A stretch of 63,922 bases of DNA, filler included, from Piptocephalis cylindrospora (Eukaryota): NCBI GenBank assembly GCA_003614145.1. It is 19 parts of 19 records of this genome, joined end to end, with 100 filler letters (N's around TTAATTAATTAA, not from the genome) between each part and the next. Parts side by side here need not be neighbours in the genome. Positions count along the whole stretch, not along the records: positions 60,705 to 63,922 come from KZ988716.1; 18 more parts are not named here. One strand, given 5' to 3'. Below, one piece after another: positions 60,860-63,922 of this stretch. Position numbers and translations under genes: made by a program. The notes beneath the pieces are model-generated. The model did not search any database and was not told the DNA's origin. It worked only from the letters and a program-made list of their open reading frames with translations. Each line of letters opens with the position of its first letter. Position 1 is the first letter of the stretch.

Positions 60860-63109
60860 ATGTCCGTTGATCAACTTATCCCAAAAATGCTTGGACATTC
60901 CCATTATCCACCATTGGCAAAATCACTTGGTATGTCCTGCACCAAGCTGACAGGCCATTTAAAGGTAATTTCTTCAGATCTCTGCTATCTCTATATAGAT
61001 GTCCCATTCATCCCCACTCATTCGTTGATCCCGCCCATCCCCTGGATGCTTTAGAGTGCCGAAGGTCTTCACGCGCTTACCTTCCCCATCTTGTGCAAAA
61101 TGGCACAGTACCTGGAAGGTGCAGGTTTACGCCGAGGTGCCTTTCCCATCGATAAGGAGGAGCTAGTGGAATACCTGTGTCCTTTCTTTGGCTTACGCTA
61201 CGCTCCCCGCGGCTGGGGTGCCGCTCCAACCACCCACATGGCCCAGAAAACCACCGGCTCCATGAGTCAAGCGTTCGTACTGAGGGGGTGGATCAGGATA
61301 TTGTTCTTCTATATCCTCCCCATGCTAACTTTTCCTCACCCCACAGAGTATTCTTACCCCAGGAACGAAGGAGAATCATGCCCCCTCATGTTCTCGCAAA
61401 GATTCCCCGTCTCCCTTTGTACATCCGAGAGGAGCATCCTGTGGTAATTATCAACCTCGCCACCACCACCCGAAATCCCAGTGAGCTAGTGGGGAATGAG
61501 GCAAAGAGGCCTAGCTGTATTCGTTTGGCCATTCAACGCGCCCCCTTTGTTGACGCTCTACGGCGGGGCATTGGGGGCATCCGTGGAGATGAGTTGAGCA
61601 AGACCGGAGATATACGTGCCCTGGTCTACCTGTACAACCAGCAGCATAACGAGATCACCTCATTTACCGGCGCTATGAGATCTCCTCACCTCTCCGTCCT
61701 GGTCGACAACCATCTCCAGAGCCCTCCTTCCGTAAGTACTCAATTGTGGTGTGAAGACCAAGTCCTACTATAGTGTGCACCTTCATCTTATCCCCTTTTT
61801 ACCCCGTAGAACCACAAACCTGAGAGTAAGGAAAAGGGCCTGGACATTACCAGTGCTCTGGGTATCCCTGATTTACAGAAAAGGGCCAGAAGTCCCAGTG
61901 ATCCTTCAGATTTGGGCAAAGTGGTGGTCCAATTGTGTATGACCAAGGGCACCCTCATTACAGGATTGGCCGGGGTCTGGTTGGTTCGGGCCATGAATCC
62001 AAAGGAGGCGGTGGCTAATTTCTTTCGTCAACGACTCCGCTTCCTCTTTTCCCAGGTCCAGGCTGGAAAGGGCAACTATCCCAAGGATCGTATTCCTTCC
62101 TCAGATGACCTAGAATCCTTCTCCCTTCAGTCTCTCTCCTCCTTATACTACGATTTGATTAACAAAGGAGGTCTCTCTCATGCCCAGTTCAAGCCAAGAG
62201 AACGTCACAACAATCAAGGCGGACGAAAAAGAAAATGTACAGAGGATGAGGTGAAGGAAGGCGATGAGGTGGTCATCTTTACCTGCCCCATCACCCTTCG
62301 ACGCATCAATTATCCTGGTCGAGGAGATGAATGCCTGCATCCCCAATGTTTTGACATTGAGGTAATTATTTTTGTATAAAGAGTAACTTGAGTAGGGCGG
62401 TCCTGCCTCTTCTCCTTTATCCATTAATGTCCCCTCCTTGAAACAGAGTATTTTCGAGCATCATCGGGAAAAGGGGGAATTTCCTTGTCCCATATGTCAG
62501 CTGTCCTATCCCTTTTCAGTGAGTTATACGTGATCTCCCTTCCCCTAGATCATCCCCTCTCCCTAATCACCATCATCCTTCCTCTTTACACGGATATAGT
62601 CTATCGTTCCGGACGCCCGATTCTACAAATGTCTTGCCAAATATCCCTCGGATAATCGGTGCCTCATCCTAGCCAAGGGTGGGGACGCCCCCATTAGCAT
62701 TCCACGGCATGCCACGGAAATCACTAATGTAGAATCCCTTCCCGAGACTGTTGTTCTCTCTGACAATGAGGATGGCCCAGAAGAGGATGTGGTCGTGGTG
62801 GAGGATACCATGCGAAAGCGAGACAAAAAGCGGACGCAAACGGCAAGACCGCTCCCTCTATCCTCTCCTACTCTCCTTCCCTCTCCTCGTCCTCTCATTG
62901 CCGCACAAACTCATTCTCTTCCGATGCCCATTCAAGTTGACAGTGGATCTGAAGAGGAAGGAGAGATTAATGTCCGCATGATACACACGACTAGATTCAA
63001 GCCCTGTCACAGGAAACGAGATTTGGCAGGGAATGCCGCGTGCATCACCCCTATCGAGCCTCAACCCCCTAAAGATGGCTCCTCTGTAGAGGACGCTATT
63101 ATCCTGTAA
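60860..63109 (+). CDS. Siz/PIAS-type SP-RING (MIZ) SUMO E3 ligase-like protein, multi-exon
   Basis: FTCPITLRRINYPGRGDECLHPQCFD|..FPCPIC; SAP-like N-terminal helix pair; SIM-like tail. Start codon uncertain. Confidence 0.85.
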
Positions 63110-63868
63110 TCTAAGTTATTATTGTGCTTTCGAGGGCATATGTACCTTCCGTCTCTTTACCTATGCCCTTCTCGTCTTTTTTTATCCTCCCATCGTTCGT
63201 TGCCTGCGTACTTTTTCTTTCTTTACCTTTTTCTCCCTGGATAAGAATCACTCTCTCTATTGAATTTTCCATTCCTTTATGAAGGGATTCTGTATGCAGT
63301 GGAATGGCCAAGAAAGCGATCCCCATCCTTTTTTTTCAGAAGGATCCGGGTATATAGCCTGCATTTACGTCTTTTAATTGAGGGAAATGGAACAAACAGT
63401 GATTTATTGGATCACAGTTTACCATATCAAACATTGACGGCCCCATTGACCCTTTATCCGTCCAGCCTTTGCCCTAATCATCATTCTTTAAATCATATGA
63501 CCAGTGATACGGTTACGGGTCCATTTATATAGGAGAGTGATCGTCAATTACCGGATGACTTTATCGTTGAAAGGATAGCCTCGGCGCTTCCTACTGCTGC
63601 TGTTACTGTTAAATAGCTAATCAGCACCCGCAATTAGGCCGTGTTACTGTTTGCTACTATGCTAGCTTTTTGCCCTCTAGCAGCTCTAAAGGCCCTTATC
63701 ACCCCAGTGTGCAATAGAGTCAAAGGCAGCATTGCCCACAGTCATCCATCAAAAGATAGGGCTTTTCCCGCCTTGTTCGCCTACCCACTCACATGCATCC
63801 CTTTTCTTCCTCCCATCATATTGAGGAAGCTTTAATGGCTGAGTTGGGAAGTGTGGAGGAATAGATAT

Positions 63869-63870
<2 letters not shown>

Positions 63871-63922
<52 letters not shown>
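63871..63922. repeat. Poly-C tract at contig end
   Basis: Directly visible; probably an assembly or sequencing end artefact. Confidence 0.85.

Overview
This window is not one locus. It is 19 short contigs (about 3.1-3.4 kb, essentially sorted by decreasing length) joined by 18 artificial 100-nt linkers (N44-TTAATTAATTAA-N44). Gene neighbourhoods are therefore only meaningful within a contig. The DNA is a compact, intron-containing eukaryotic genome with short GT-AG introns and CTAAC-type branch points. Gene content (velvet, Atf1-type bZIP, GH18 chitinase, TRAPPC12, 4E-BP, type III glutamine synthetase) points to a fungus, probably an early-diverging one; two apparent chimeric junctions suggest a fragmented or amplified assembly (both inferences). 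About 35 complete or partial protein-coding genes can be supported. Several are absent or only fragmentary in the ORF track because of introns or truncation (NDUFAF2-like, RPAP2/Rtr1, SCOC, a chitinase tail, a GC-AG zinc-finger gene). I found no rRNA, tRNA, CRISPR array or transposase, and no convincing multi-gene novel system. The best single-gene leads are: a stand-alone EXD2-C-terminal HNH-like protein; tandem secreted CAP proteins with a shared unnamed C-terminal Cys/Trp module and a 9-aa repeat; an ABCB transporter with a degenerate NBD whose CDS overlaps an antisense orphan CDS; a GT31-GT32-like fusion; a metazoan-type 4E-BP with a TOS motif; a GS-III fragment; and a perfect CRE upstream of the Atf1-like gene. 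All family assignments are from motif recognition by eye, not from database searches.
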